Origin: Stylophora pistillata
Taxonomy: Eukaryota
DNA length: 64,000 nucleotides
NCBI RefSeq assembly: GCF_002571385.2
Contig: NW_019217846.1
Span: 839,331-903,330 of the forward strand
Direction: 5' to 3'
A program made the translations under genes and the position numbers. This document shows positions 38,860 through 47,826 of the stretch, piece after piece. The notes beneath the pieces are model-generated. The model was not told the DNA's origin, did not search any database, and worked only from the letters and a program-made list of their open reading frames with translations. Every line of letters begins with the position of its first letter. Positions within the stretch are counted from its first letter, which is position 1.

Positions 38860-38914
38860 CTTGTTATCTTTTTTTATCTTAATCATTTCTTTAAGACATT
38901 TTCTTTTCATTTTT

Positions 38915-40519
38915 TTATAACTTCTGAAGATCTTTCTCATCAACCCACGAGTTGAATTTTTCTGGATAACCACTCCACTTCACGAGAGCTTGTTTGCCCT
39001 TTTTTCGTATAACCTTCTCAATGCGAAAAAGGCCTGAAAGGCTTTGCTTTGCCTTCAACATCTCTTGTTCGTAGAAAGTGCCTTTGATCTCTTCTCCAAG
39101 CAGATCCTTCAACTTGTAAGTGATGGGCTTGGTGTACTGCACCTCATCAACTACAAATATTTCTTCAGACCAATTTGGTGTGTAGCCCTTGTCGAAAAGC
39201 TGCCGCTTGAATTTGGAGATTCGAACGTGGTCACCGACCGCAAACTTTGGCTCTCCATGGACACTCAAGGGGCTAAGGTCTTTACCGTACAGTTTCAAAT
39301 AGACGGCATTCTCATTCTTCTTCTTGGAGGCCTCTACAGGTGTCATACCGATCGATCTATGTTTTGTATTGTTGTACTTCTCGAGAATCTTCGGCAATAT
39401 GTTGAGATACACTGTGTTGTTCTGGATGGTAAACTGCTTCCACATTTTTGTTTTGATCGTACGATTCCATCTCTCACACACAGACGATTTCTCTTCATTC
39501 TCTGTCGAGTACAGCTCAATACCCTCCGCTTTGAATAGATCTCTGACATGACTGTTGTAATACTCCTTACCTTTATCAGTCCACATCTTCTTTCGCTTTC
39601 TCCCTTCAGAGAATATCTCTTTGAACCCCTCCGCCACACTCTCACCCTTTTTATTCTTCAGAGGAACGATCCAGCCGTACTTGCTAAAAATGTCCAACAC
39701 CATCAGCAGGTAACGGTAGCCCTTGTTCCACTTTGCAAACTTTTGCATCTCCACCAAGTCAGAGCACCAAATCTCATCGATACCGTTCACAATAACACGC
39801 CGCTTTGTAAAGTTTCGTCTGATGGGTTTGTGCAGCTCATCTGCTAATTCTTCTTGCCACCCTTGCGACCCCTGGGGGTCTTTTTTTTTTCCACCCAGGC
39901 CTAAGCCAAGCTTCTGTTTGGTGTTTATGGCGTTTCTCGCAATCCAGTGCCCCCACTGCCTCTGATTGTACGGTATCGCATCGAGGTCTGTCACCATCTT
40001 ACAGTCGGCCACATTCTTACACGCTTTTGGGTTTGGCTTGTCTGCACAGACGGTGTAATCAACGTCGTGCTGCATTGCAATCACGTCAGTCGGACCCGTT
40101 GGCTGTTCATAGATCTCGAGAATTTTGCCAGTCTTTGGATCGAAGCGCAGTTGAGAATCGAGATCGTTGTAGGGCCCGGCAAAATTATACCCAGGCATCG
40201 TGAAGCCACCTTTCGGCCTCGGGAGTTTACCAATCGCTTTATGCAGATCGAAGGCTCCACCTTCGTAAAGAGGGTGAGTCGGGTCATTCACTCCACCAGG
40301 TGCATACATCGACATAGGTAGAATTTGATTTACATCGTACGCGTTCAGCGTTCCACCACTAATCTTTTTGCTCATATCGTTGACGAATGAATCGAGAGCT
40401 TGATCGAGATACTTGTTCGCCGTCTTTTTGAACTTGCTCTTCGCATAGTCAGATTTGACAGCGTTTGGAAGCCCCTGCTGCGCCATGTTCGCAAGCCCCT
40501 TTAGAGCCATCTCACTCAA
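38915..40519 (-). CDS. Parvovirus-type PLA2 fused to retroviral-type integrase and chromodomain
   Basis: PLA2: PGYNFAGPYN...DVIAMQHDVDY. DDE core: WCSDLVEM, WTDKGKEY, CERWNRTIK. Chromodomain: FRIEKVI...LVKWSGYPEKFNSWV. Confidence 0.92.
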   Translation of the reverse strand: MSEMALKGLANMAQQGLPNAVKSDYAKSKFKKTANKYLDQALDSFVNDMSKKISGGTLNAYDVNQILPMSMYAPGGVNDPTHPLYEGGAFDLHKAIGKLPRPKGGFTMPGYNFAGPYNDLDSQLRFDPKTGKILEIYEQPTGPTDVIAMQHDVDYTVCADKPNPKACKNVADCKMVTDLDAIPYNQRQWGHWIARNAINTKQKLGLGLGGKKKDPQGSQGWQEELADELHKPIRRNFTKRRVIVNGIDEIWCSDLVEMQKFAKWNKGYRYLLMVLDIFSKYGWIVPLKNKKGESVAEGFKEIFSEGRKRKKMWTDKGKEYYNSHVRDLFKAEGIELYSTENEEKSSVCERWNRTIKTKMWKQFTIQNNTVYLNILPKILEKYNNTKHRSIGMTPVEASKKKNENAVYLKLYGKDLSPLSVHGEPKFAVGDHVRISKFKRQLFDKGYTPNWSEEIFVVDEVQYTKPITYKLKDLLGEEIKGTFYEQEMLKAKQSLSGLFRIEKVIRKKGKQALVKWSGYPEKFNSWVDEKDLQKL

Positions 40520-40536
40520 AGACGTGCTGGTTCGTC

Positions 40537-40728
40537 CTACATCCTCAAAGAGCGTCCCGCCTTTTTTTTTACTCCCCCTTTCATGAAAGACACCTTAGTG
40601 ATGCCGCATTCAGCGCACTTCGATTTCATCATCAGTCGACCATTTTTCGCAACCTCCTGCCGCTCACTCCCCGGCATGCTATCAGTCTTCTTCTTTTGCT
40701 TCACGCAGTAAGTTTTCATTTCGAGCAA
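40537..40728 (-). CDS. Small DUF5679-like protein, possibly the N-terminus of the PLA2-integrase polyprotein
   Basis: MKTYCVK...KNGRLMMKSKCAECGITKVSF pattern. Confidence 0.65.
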   Translation of the reverse strand: MLEMKTYCVKQKKKTDSMPGSERQEVAKNGRLMMKSKCAECGITKVSFMKGGVKKKAGRSLRM

Positions 40729-40764
40729 TATTTGTTTTGTACTTAGTACTAGTACTTATAGTAC

Positions 40765-41412
40765 TTATATTTTTTCGTCAAAATTTCGTGCACAGGTGCC
40801 CTTTATCTTATCGCAAAACAAGAAATCATAAGGTTTCAACGCTGAAAAAGCACTGACATCGAAGCAGTTCTCATCAGCGATTAGCTTGCGGTGTCGCTGT
40901 GTTGGCGGCAAAAATATAGCCATGTGAGAACAATTCAACCTGATGTCTTTGTCAGTCTTGTAGTTCGACTGGGATAGGTATATGGGTGAGATCTGATGAT
41001 GTCTGCCATCGATAAAGTGCTTGAGGATTTTGTCTTGCGTTGTTTTCGGAGCTGTGATCAAATGATCGAAGATAACAACCTTTCGCCCCTCTGCAGGGTA
41101 CTCGGTTGTGTCGGGGATCTGAGCTGGATCCATCAGATGTAAAATCTGATAACCTAGTTTTTGCGAATGCCGGTGCATGATCTTCGCAAGGTCTTGTATT
41201 AGGTCTTGGTGGAAGTTGGGGCTATAGATATATATTTCGTCATATGGCACAAGCGGCGCTCTCAACATATAGGACAGCAAATTCGTTTTACCACTACCTG
41301 AGGGCCCAGCTATCAACATTCTATAGTCCTCATCGAGATAGTTAACGCCTGGAACCCTTCTTTTTCGAGTACCCTCACCACGAGTGGTAGTCAGTTTTGG
41401 TATGTTAACCAT
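40765..41412 (-). CDS. A32/FtsK-like DNA packaging ATPase
   Basis: Walker A GPSGSGKT, Walker B VVIFDH, and GRH..IS.IYLSQ...IRLN. Confidence 0.9.
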   Translation of the reverse strand: MVNIPKLTTTRGEGTRKRRVPGVNYLDEDYRMLIAGPSGSGKTNLLSYMLRAPLVPYDEIYIYSPNFHQDLIQDLAKIMHRHSQKLGYQILHLMDPAQIPDTTEYPAEGRKVVIFDHLITAPKTTQDKILKHFIDGRHHQISPIYLSQSNYKTDKDIRLNCSHMAIFLPPTQRHRKLIADENCFDVSAFSALKPYDFLFCDKIKGTCARNFDEKI

Positions 41413-41570
41413 GAACTTTGTTCTAGTATCAACCTTTGTACTTAGTACTATCGTAGAAAATGTATGTTGATTTTTTGGCGTGGAGCGTTTTTACTTTTTT
41501 TGATTTTTTTTCTCTTGTGTAAAGGATATAGAGAAAAGAAAAGGCAAATTATATTACAAGTTCAACAAAC

Positions 41571-42242
41571 ATGCAACTCACAAGTCTCAAAGGTATTACC
41601 AAGTATAATGTTATCTTCGAAGAGGCGACCACTAACCAACACGGCCACCAGCGTATCAACATCAAGGCTAAACACACCTGTGGTGAGAACAAAGCTGGGC
41701 CGTTGGTGATAGCTTCACCTTTTCGATTCTCGTTTGGTGTACAGCCAAGCTTGAGTAAGAGTGATGTTACGGGCTGCACACTACCCACTCCTCTGTGGAA
41801 TCCTCAAGAGGGTGAGCCAACGCAAAAAGAGTTTGCCTTCTACCACGCTCTCAAAGAGTTGAAGCATATTTGCTATGAACACTTGGACGAGTTTTATGGT
41901 ACAGACGTGGCAGAGAGCATAAAGTTCCCACTGGTTGAGAAAGAGGGGAAAGCACCGGTACTATACCCGAGGCTTATGTACAGTCAAAAGTCTGATAAGA
42001 TACGCACCCTCTTTCACTCGAAAGAGGAATCAAAAGTGGAGCCGCTAGAATGCCTTGATTACTGTAAGGTAAAAATGACCATCGTGGTTGATAGTATCTA
42101 TCTGGGTGATGAGTACGCATGGGTACAGCTAAAAGTAAACGATGTATATGTGCATCGGTTGCCGCAGAGACAGGTGCAGCCATTGGCTGTCCTTGAAGAA
42201 GATGAACTCGAAGAAGAAGAGCTAGACTTTGAAGAGGACTAA
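41571..42242 (+). CDS. DUF2738-like putative ssDNA-binding protein 1
   Basis: GPLVIASP..FSFGV...LP..LW...PT..E..F...C.EHL...PVLYP.L pattern of iridovirus-type OB-fold SSBs, with an acidic tail EEDELEEEELDFEED. Confidence 0.65.
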   Translation: MQLTSLKGITKYNVIFEEATTNQHGHQRINIKAKHTCGENKAGPLVIASPFRFSFGVQPSLSKSDVTGCTLPTPLWNPQEGEPTQKEFAFYHALKELKHICYEHLDEFYGTDVAESIKFPLVEKEGKAPVLYPRLMYSQKSDKIRTLFHSKEESKVEPLECLDYCKVKMTIVVDSIYLGDEYAWVQLKVNDVYVHRLPQRQVQPLAVLEEDELEEEELDFEED

Positions 42243-42457
42243 GACCAAAGGTCTTTTTTTCCTTTTTTTTGAAACGAAAAAGGAAAGCTTCAAGCGAGGG
42301 TAGCACTTATCTCAAAAGTTAAGTGTCAACGATGCAAAAGCGAGGTGACTCACTTATTTGAAAAGATAAGTGTTACCCTCGTTTTTACTTTTTTTTTATT
42401 TTTTTTCTCTTGGGTAGTTGCAAAGCAACTAAAGCACACATTACAAGTACTACAGTC

Positions 42458-43342
42458 ATGATGCAACTCACTGATATCAAAAAGATTGAAGACAACATCA
42501 TATTCGAAAAAGCGGTTTCTAACTGTTATGGTGACAAGTGTATAAACATACGTGCAAAACACGGTTGTGGTGAGGGCAAGCCAGGGCCGTTGGTGATAGC
42601 AAGCCCTTTTCTCTCTTCGTTTGGCGTTCAAAAGAGCTTGAAGGACGATGATATCACGAAGTGCTCGTTACCAACTCTCCTATGGGAGTGGGGGGTGCAA
42701 CAAAACGAGCTCGACTTCTATGCAGCATTGATAAGATTGAGGGATCTATGCTATGAACACCTGAGTGACACCTATGGAGAATTCGAAGCAGAAAAGATGA
42801 AGTTCCCTTTGACTGATGAGAGGGGTGTGGATAAAGGACAAGTTCCAATACTTTACCCCAAACTAATGAAATATACCCTCTTCCACACAAAATATATACC
42901 AGAAATAGATCCACTCAAGTACCTAGACCAGTACTGTAAAGTAAAGATGACCATCGTCGTCGACAGCATCTACATGGATTCTTTTAGCAGGTCATCAGTG
43001 CAATTGAAAATACATGATGTGTATGTGAATCCACAGAGACTGATGCAGCCATTGGCTACCCTGTCTAAAGACGAAGAAGATAAACTCGAAGGTGAAATGT
43101 GGGTTGACCCAAAGACTAGTAAGCTTATTAATCCAAAGACTGGTGAGATTCTTAAGGTCAGACCCGCTTTCCCCCACCACTTCTCCCCTCACAACAGGGG
43201 GATAGTAGATAAGCTACTTAGCTTAGACCCAAAGACTGTCCCCTTTTATCCATCACCAGCGGCTCTGAGTAACGTCTCTGAGTCAAAATATGCGGCTGAT
43301 AGTGAAGAAGATGAAGAACTCAAAGAGGTTGTAGTGGTCTAA
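42458..43342 (+). CDS. DUF2738-like putative ssDNA-binding protein 2 (paralogue with C-terminal extension)
   Basis: Colinear with SSB1 (MQLT, GPLVIASPF, CYEHL, YCKVKMTIVVDSIY, VQLK..DVYV). Ends in an acidic stretch. Confidence 0.65.
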   Translation: MMQLTDIKKIEDNIIFEKAVSNCYGDKCINIRAKHGCGEGKPGPLVIASPFLSSFGVQKSLKDDDITKCSLPTLLWEWGVQQNELDFYAALIRLRDLCYEHLSDTYGEFEAEKMKFPLTDERGVDKGQVPILYPKLMKYTLFHTKYIPEIDPLKYLDQYCKVKMTIVVDSIYMDSFSRSSVQLKIHDVYVNPQRLMQPLATLSKDEEDKLEGEMWVDPKTSKLINPKTGEILKVRPAFPHHFSPHNRGIVDKLLSLDPKTVPFYPSPAALSNVSESKYAADSEEDEELKEVVVV

Positions 43343-43441
43343 GGCCTAAGGTCTTTTTTTTTCCTTTTTTCGAAACGAAAAAGGAAAGCACGTCAAAGCG
43401 TGAAGAAGTTGGGGTATCTAGCTAAGCTTAGCCACCCAACT

Positions 43442-43936
43442 TCAAGCTTTACCAAAGCGTTTTTCATACTGCTTGAGCACCTTATTCGACTGAAATATCG
43501 GACAAAGATCTGTGATGGTGTCATCGATAAGCTTTACCTCTTCGATAAACGAAGCGCTGTTGAAGGCCCTCCCCCTCATATAAGACCTCAGATCAGTCAA
43601 GATCTTCTCATAGGTGGTAAAAGCGAATTTGCTCATATCGATCTTGCGGTCAAACTTCTTCACATCTGTGAAAGTCTTGAGAAGGAGACCGGCACCAGAT
43701 ATTGTGGCGAGCGGGATCGGGTTCATGGTTACCCCACCGGCTATCCCACCGATAACGATGAGCATAGAGCTACTCAGCTTGCAGAGTAGGCTCTTTCGTT
43801 TGAAAATTGTGAATATCTTCCGCGAGCACCACCACTTCTTGTGATAGTGCTTGTAAAGAGCTTTGAGTTCATCGATCTTCTCATCACCGATCGAGTATTC
43901 GATGTGGTTAAAGTTGAAGATGGCTGCGTCAGTCAT
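43442..43936 (-). CDS. Hydrophobic-hairpin membrane protein (adintovirus GasderminX-like)
   Basis: A central Gly-rich hydrophobic hairpin, MLIVIGGIAGGVTMNPIPLATISGAGLLL, flanked by helical charged segments. Confidence 0.55.
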   Translation of the reverse strand: MTDAAIFNFNHIEYSIGDEKIDELKALYKHYHKKWWCSRKIFTIFKRKSLLCKLSSSMLIVIGGIAGGVTMNPIPLATISGAGLLLKTFTDVKKFDRKIDMSKFAFTTYEKILTDLRSYMRGRAFNSASFIEEVKLIDDTITDLCPIFQSNKVLKQYEKRFGKA

Positions 43937-43981
43937 TTTATTATGAGCAACTCATAATAAATGTTTGAAAAAATATGCGCA

Positions 43982-46354
43982 TCAGACAAGCTTTGTCAAA
44001 TAAAACGAGGCGTTGTCCGTACCGCTTAGGTAACTGCTAGTTATTCCCATCCGTATTCGAGTGTTGTTTTGTTTGGTTACTATGACACGGTTAACTGTAA
44101 TCTGCGACCAAGAAACACCTTTTACGTAAGTACTATCGAGTTGTGACCAAGTTGAACCACTATCCTCACTCTTTTCTATAACAAAATTTCTTATGCTAGA
44201 GACGTAATCATTGTACAAAATGTGATAGCACCCTGATTTTACCAAATTCAACTCTCGGCCGCTGTTATGAACTGAAAAATAGTCTGAGTTATAGCCTCCC
44301 TTTGAATAAGCTGGATAACATATGATATCTACGGATGCTGTGCTAAAACTAACATTTTTGTTATTGCTATGAGCCATCTTTTTCACAAAGAGAAATATGA
44401 TCTCGTGGGTGTTATCATCCACATATTTCTTAGTAGCTGCAGAATTGGCATGAATGGGTTTGTGTTCGAGAGTGAGATCGCTGTTGATGTGAACGGCTCC
44501 GTTCACGAATGAGTACCAACTTGTCCAGACCTCTTTGGGAATAGAGTTGTGAAAACCCTTTGATCCGTACACAATAACCCAAATGGGCAAGGTTTGGTCG
44601 TAGGCCTGGGCCTGCCCCGATTTATTTTTCATCACGACGTCAAACATGAGATAGTTTGGTGCTGAATTTGACCATTTGGTCAAATGGATGAGGGTGATGA
44701 TGTGATTTTCAAATCGATTGCTGCGCTGAGTTGAAATTGTTTCAACACTGCTGGTCGCCGTCAGAGTCACACTGTTTGGATCGATTTTACTCGATTGCCA
44801 ACAGAGCTCACAGACGACGGTGTATTCATCTCTGCTCGCAGAATACATATTTACACCAAACCGAGAAGAATAATAACCCTTGCTAGTGTCCAAGCTTAAA
44901 TCAAAAGGTTTGGTTCTAGGATTGGTGGGGTACAGCACAACCTGGTCTGTGATCGCTTTACCAGTGATGTTGTCTTCGTCGGAGAACTGACCGCTATTGC
45001 CCATGATATAAGCGAGGTCGTTAGTCAGCTGGGGGCCCGCTATGTTATGCGCTAATCTATCTTCAACGAATTTTTTGTTCACCACATCAGTGTCAGCTGA
45101 AGGTGTGTGGCTAGATGTAACTTTGTTCGAGCCCATCGCGAGTGTTCCTGACATTGTACCACCGGAGGTGCTGAGCTTGGTATCCGCGTATTTCTTTGAC
45201 ACAGCCTCGTCGTTGTCAGAAAATGTGTCTGGGAGATTTACAATCTTTCGCCCACACGCGTCTAAAGTTTGCTTGTCGTTAAGGTTGCGAAAGCTAGGTA
45301 TTGATTTCTTCGTATTGTCAACGTATACCTGAGTAGCACTGCTAAGGCATGTAATATCAAGAAGACCTTGGAGATGCCTCTTCATGGCACCAGCCTCATA
45401 TCGGGAGATGAGAGTGTTTGAGTTTTCATAAGTAGATTGTTGTCTTGTCGTCATATTCAAGTAATTTTCGCGTTTGGTATTGATGACATCCTTGCCGTTC
45501 ATGTCCAGATTACCTGTCATCTTCTGTGAGCCGCTTAGCAGTAAAACAGAAGTTGTATCCGCTTTGCCACTCAAGCCGTTCAAAACAGTTGATGTATCTG
45601 CCTTCTTCGCGAGTTCGGTGTTGAGTTTATTCTCATTCACAGCTGCCGTGCCGTTGAGAGGAGTGTCGCTTAGGCCGGTAACCTGTCGGTCTGCTCCATG
45701 ACTTGAGGTAAAAGAGATTGCTTTCAAAATATTCCCTCCTTTAGTTTTGTCGAGGTAGTTTGAGAGATCAGAAGAGCTTAGCTTCTTTGCAAGCTCAGTG
45801 TTGAAAGTGGTTGTGTCGACTTTACCACTCAAGCCGTTAAGCACCGTCGACGTATCAGCTTTCTTCGCGAGTTCGGTGTTGAGTTTATTTTCGTTTACAG
45901 AGGCAGTGCCGTTGAGCGGTTGGTCGCTTAGCCCCGTAACCTGACGATCAGCACCATGTGTGCTTGTGAAAGTTATAGCCTTTTTCAGATTTGATAGATC
46001 GATGTTAGATCCTGATGAACCACCTTGCGGTCCTTGCGGACCTTGTGGGCCTGTAGCACCAGTGTCGCCTTTAGGTCCTGCCGGACCTGTGGCTCCGCGA
46101 GGGCCTTGTGGTCCAGTAGCACCAGTGTCACCTTTTACCCCAGCAGCTCCTCGAGAACCAGTAGCACCTTGTGGGCCAGTGTCGCCTTTGTCGCCTTTGA
46201 CACCGGCAGGGCCTGTGGCTCCTTGTGGGCCTTGTGGGCCTGTAGCACCAGTGTCGCCTTTGTCGCCTTTCGCTCCGGGTGGCCCTTCAGGCCCTTCCTT
46301 CGATGCCCCCTCTTGTCTGTGGTCGACTTCGTGATAACCGTCGCTGAAACCCAT
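43982..46354 (-). CDS. Collagen-like virion fibre protein (790 aa)
   Basis: 30 G-X-Y triplets, a ~60-aa block repeated twice, tail-fibre motifs ([26 protein letters not shown]) and a beta-rich C-terminal head. Confidence 0.85.
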   Translation of the reverse strand: MGFSDGYHEVDHRQEGASKEGPEGPPGAKGDKGDTGATGPQGPQGATGPAGVKGDKGDTGPQGATGSRGAAGVKGDTGATGPQGPRGATGPAGPKGDTGATGPQGPQGPQGGSSGSNIDLSNLKKAITFTSTHGADRQVTGLSDQPLNGTASVNENKLNTELAKKADTSTVLNGLSGKVDTTTFNTELAKKLSSSDLSNYLDKTKGGNILKAISFTSSHGADRQVTGLSDTPLNGTAAVNENKLNTELAKKADTSTVLNGLSGKADTTSVLLLSGSQKMTGNLDMNGKDVINTKRENYLNMTTRQQSTYENSNTLISRYEAGAMKRHLQGLLDITCLSSATQVYVDNTKKSIPSFRNLNDKQTLDACGRKIVNLPDTFSDNDEAVSKKYADTKLSTSGGTMSGTLAMGSNKVTSSHTPSADTDVVNKKFVEDRLAHNIAGPQLTNDLAYIMGNSGQFSDEDNITGKAITDQVVLYPTNPRTKPFDLSLDTSKGYYSSRFGVNMYSASRDEYTVVCELCWQSSKIDPNSVTLTATSSVETISTQRSNRFENHIITLIHLTKWSNSAPNYLMFDVVMKNKSGQAQAYDQTLPIWVIVYGSKGFHNSIPKEVWTSWYSFVNGAVHINSDLTLEHKPIHANSAATKKYVDDNTHEIIFLFVKKMAHSNNKNVSFSTASVDIICYPAYSKGGYNSDYFSVHNSGRELNLVKSGCYHILYNDYVSSIRNFVIEKSEDSGSTWSQLDSTYVKGVSWSQITVNRVIVTKQNNTRIRMGITSSYLSGTDNASFYLTKLV

Positions 46355-46428
46355 CTTGCCTGTTTTGTAATCTCTTCAGATAATTTGAAGAGATTTTTTA
46401 TGTAAAAGACCTTTCACAAAAAAAAGGC

Positions 46429-46916
46429 CTAGGTGAAATAGTTCACGATGAAGTGCTCGTTTGACAAGGTGTTGCTGTGTGATAGAGGTTCTACTACATC
46501 GTTGAAGACAGAGTACAGGCTCTTATGAGCAAGGCCGTAGCCTTTCAGTCTTCGACTCACCTCATTCAAAAACCACAGGCAATAATACCCGCACAACACA
46601 CTCAACATAGCTTGATATTGCATGTTGTTGTATGCATAGTTTACACCGAAGGTGTTAGAAAGCATTACAACCTCCCCGCACGGGTGTAAACCGAACGAGT
46701 CAAAATATAAGATGAGGCCGGAACCGAAAAACATCGCTACCCAGTGTGATCCACTTTCATGTGACTCGTTAAGGTTAATCACATAACACCGCTTTGGTTT
46801 ACAATCTTTTATGTGATCTCTCGAGATCACGCCACCAAAGTTTGGGATCTTGAGATATCTAACCCACTCATCGATATCGAGGTTTGTTATCGGGAGGTTT
46901 TTGAAGGGAGGTTTTA
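46429..46916 (-). CDS. Adenain-like cysteine maturation protease, lacking an N-terminal ATG
   Basis: VINL...GSHWVA, YFDSFG and YQ....LCGYYC. The frame continues upstream through PITNLDIDEWVRYLKIPNFGGVISRD and is open to 47022. Confidence 0.9.
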
Positions 46917-47786
46917 CAGCAGAGCTCCCAGTAGTGGTATTCCGTTGAAGGGTGAGTTTTTTCCCAATAGAATTCCTTTGCCTTTCTGTTTTTTTCGGCC
47001 TCGTCCTATGGTCACAGGTCCATCAAAATGTGTTGGAAACCACGGTGATGGTTGTGGTCCTCCCTCCCAATACGGTCTGTTTTGCAAAGCACCGCCGTTT
47101 TTACCACCCGGTCGTCTGTTTTGCAACCCCCTCCCCCTTCGCTTTGCACCACTTCCGGTTAGCGCTTTGAGAACTAGTGGTATTCCGATACTAGCGAGAA
47201 GTGTGCCGAGAAAACCACCTGATTGCTTCTTAGTCGGCTTCATTTTCAAATCACCGCCAGATGTAAGTGCAGCGAGGATGTCTTTCTTCTGTTTCTCGGT
47301 GAGAAGGCCTTTGTGTGCAATGAGCTGTTGAATTTTATCATTTGGTATGAGAAAGCCACCTGTCTGCCCCGCGCCTAAGACTTTGTCTGTGACAAAATTA
47401 CCTACACTTGTGAGCGCTCCTGTCGCAAGTCCAGGTAGAGCCTTCGTAGCAAATTTCGTTACAGTTGGCAATACTTTAGGTAGCACTTTCGAGCCGAGCG
47501 CTAAAAGTGACGTGAAGAGATTTCCTCCTTGCTGTGCAACCTTTCTGATCTGTGTCTTGCTGATCTTAAGGTCTACCCCCTTGCCAGTGCTCGCGGCTTT
47601 TTGAATCCTATTTATTTGTGTCTTTGTCAACATCATTTCGTCAGGGCCACTCAGTTCATTGTGCGAGAGGCGGAGAGTGATAGCCGATTGTGAAGTGTAG
47701 GCTTTAGCAAGCTTCTTTCTCTGACCCTCTGAGAGGGCAACTCCGTAAGGGTGGTATGTTGTCATAGCTTTTATAATATGCTCCAT
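46914..47786 (-). CDS. Basic, Gly-rich core precursor protein with multiple adenain-type sites
   Basis: Candidate sites QQGG|NLF, QTGG|FL, QSGG|FLGTLLASIG, GRG|LQ and GKG|IL. Contains amphipathic and Lys/Arg-rich segments. Confidence 0.75.
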   Translation of the reverse strand: MEHIIKAMTTYHPYGVALSEGQRKKLAKAYTSQSAITLRLSHNELSGPDEMMLTKTQINRIQKAASTGKGVDLKISKTQIRKVAQQGGNLFTSLLALGSKVLPKVLPTVTKFATKALPGLATGALTSVGNFVTDKVLGAGQTGGFLIPNDKIQQLIAHKGLLTEKQKKDILAALTSGGDLKMKPTKKQSGGFLGTLLASIGIPLVLKALTGSGAKRRGRGLQNRRPGGKNGGALQNRPYWEGGPQPSPWFPTHFDGPVTIGRGRKKQKGKGILLGKNSPFNGIPLLGALL

Positions 47787-47826
47787 ATTATAAATTCAGA
47801 AAAAAAGACGAGATCTGTGATCAGAT

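Noticed and set aside
45960-47604. Plus-strand ORFs within the Maverick structural block
   Set aside because: They are antisense shadows of the fibre and core genes.
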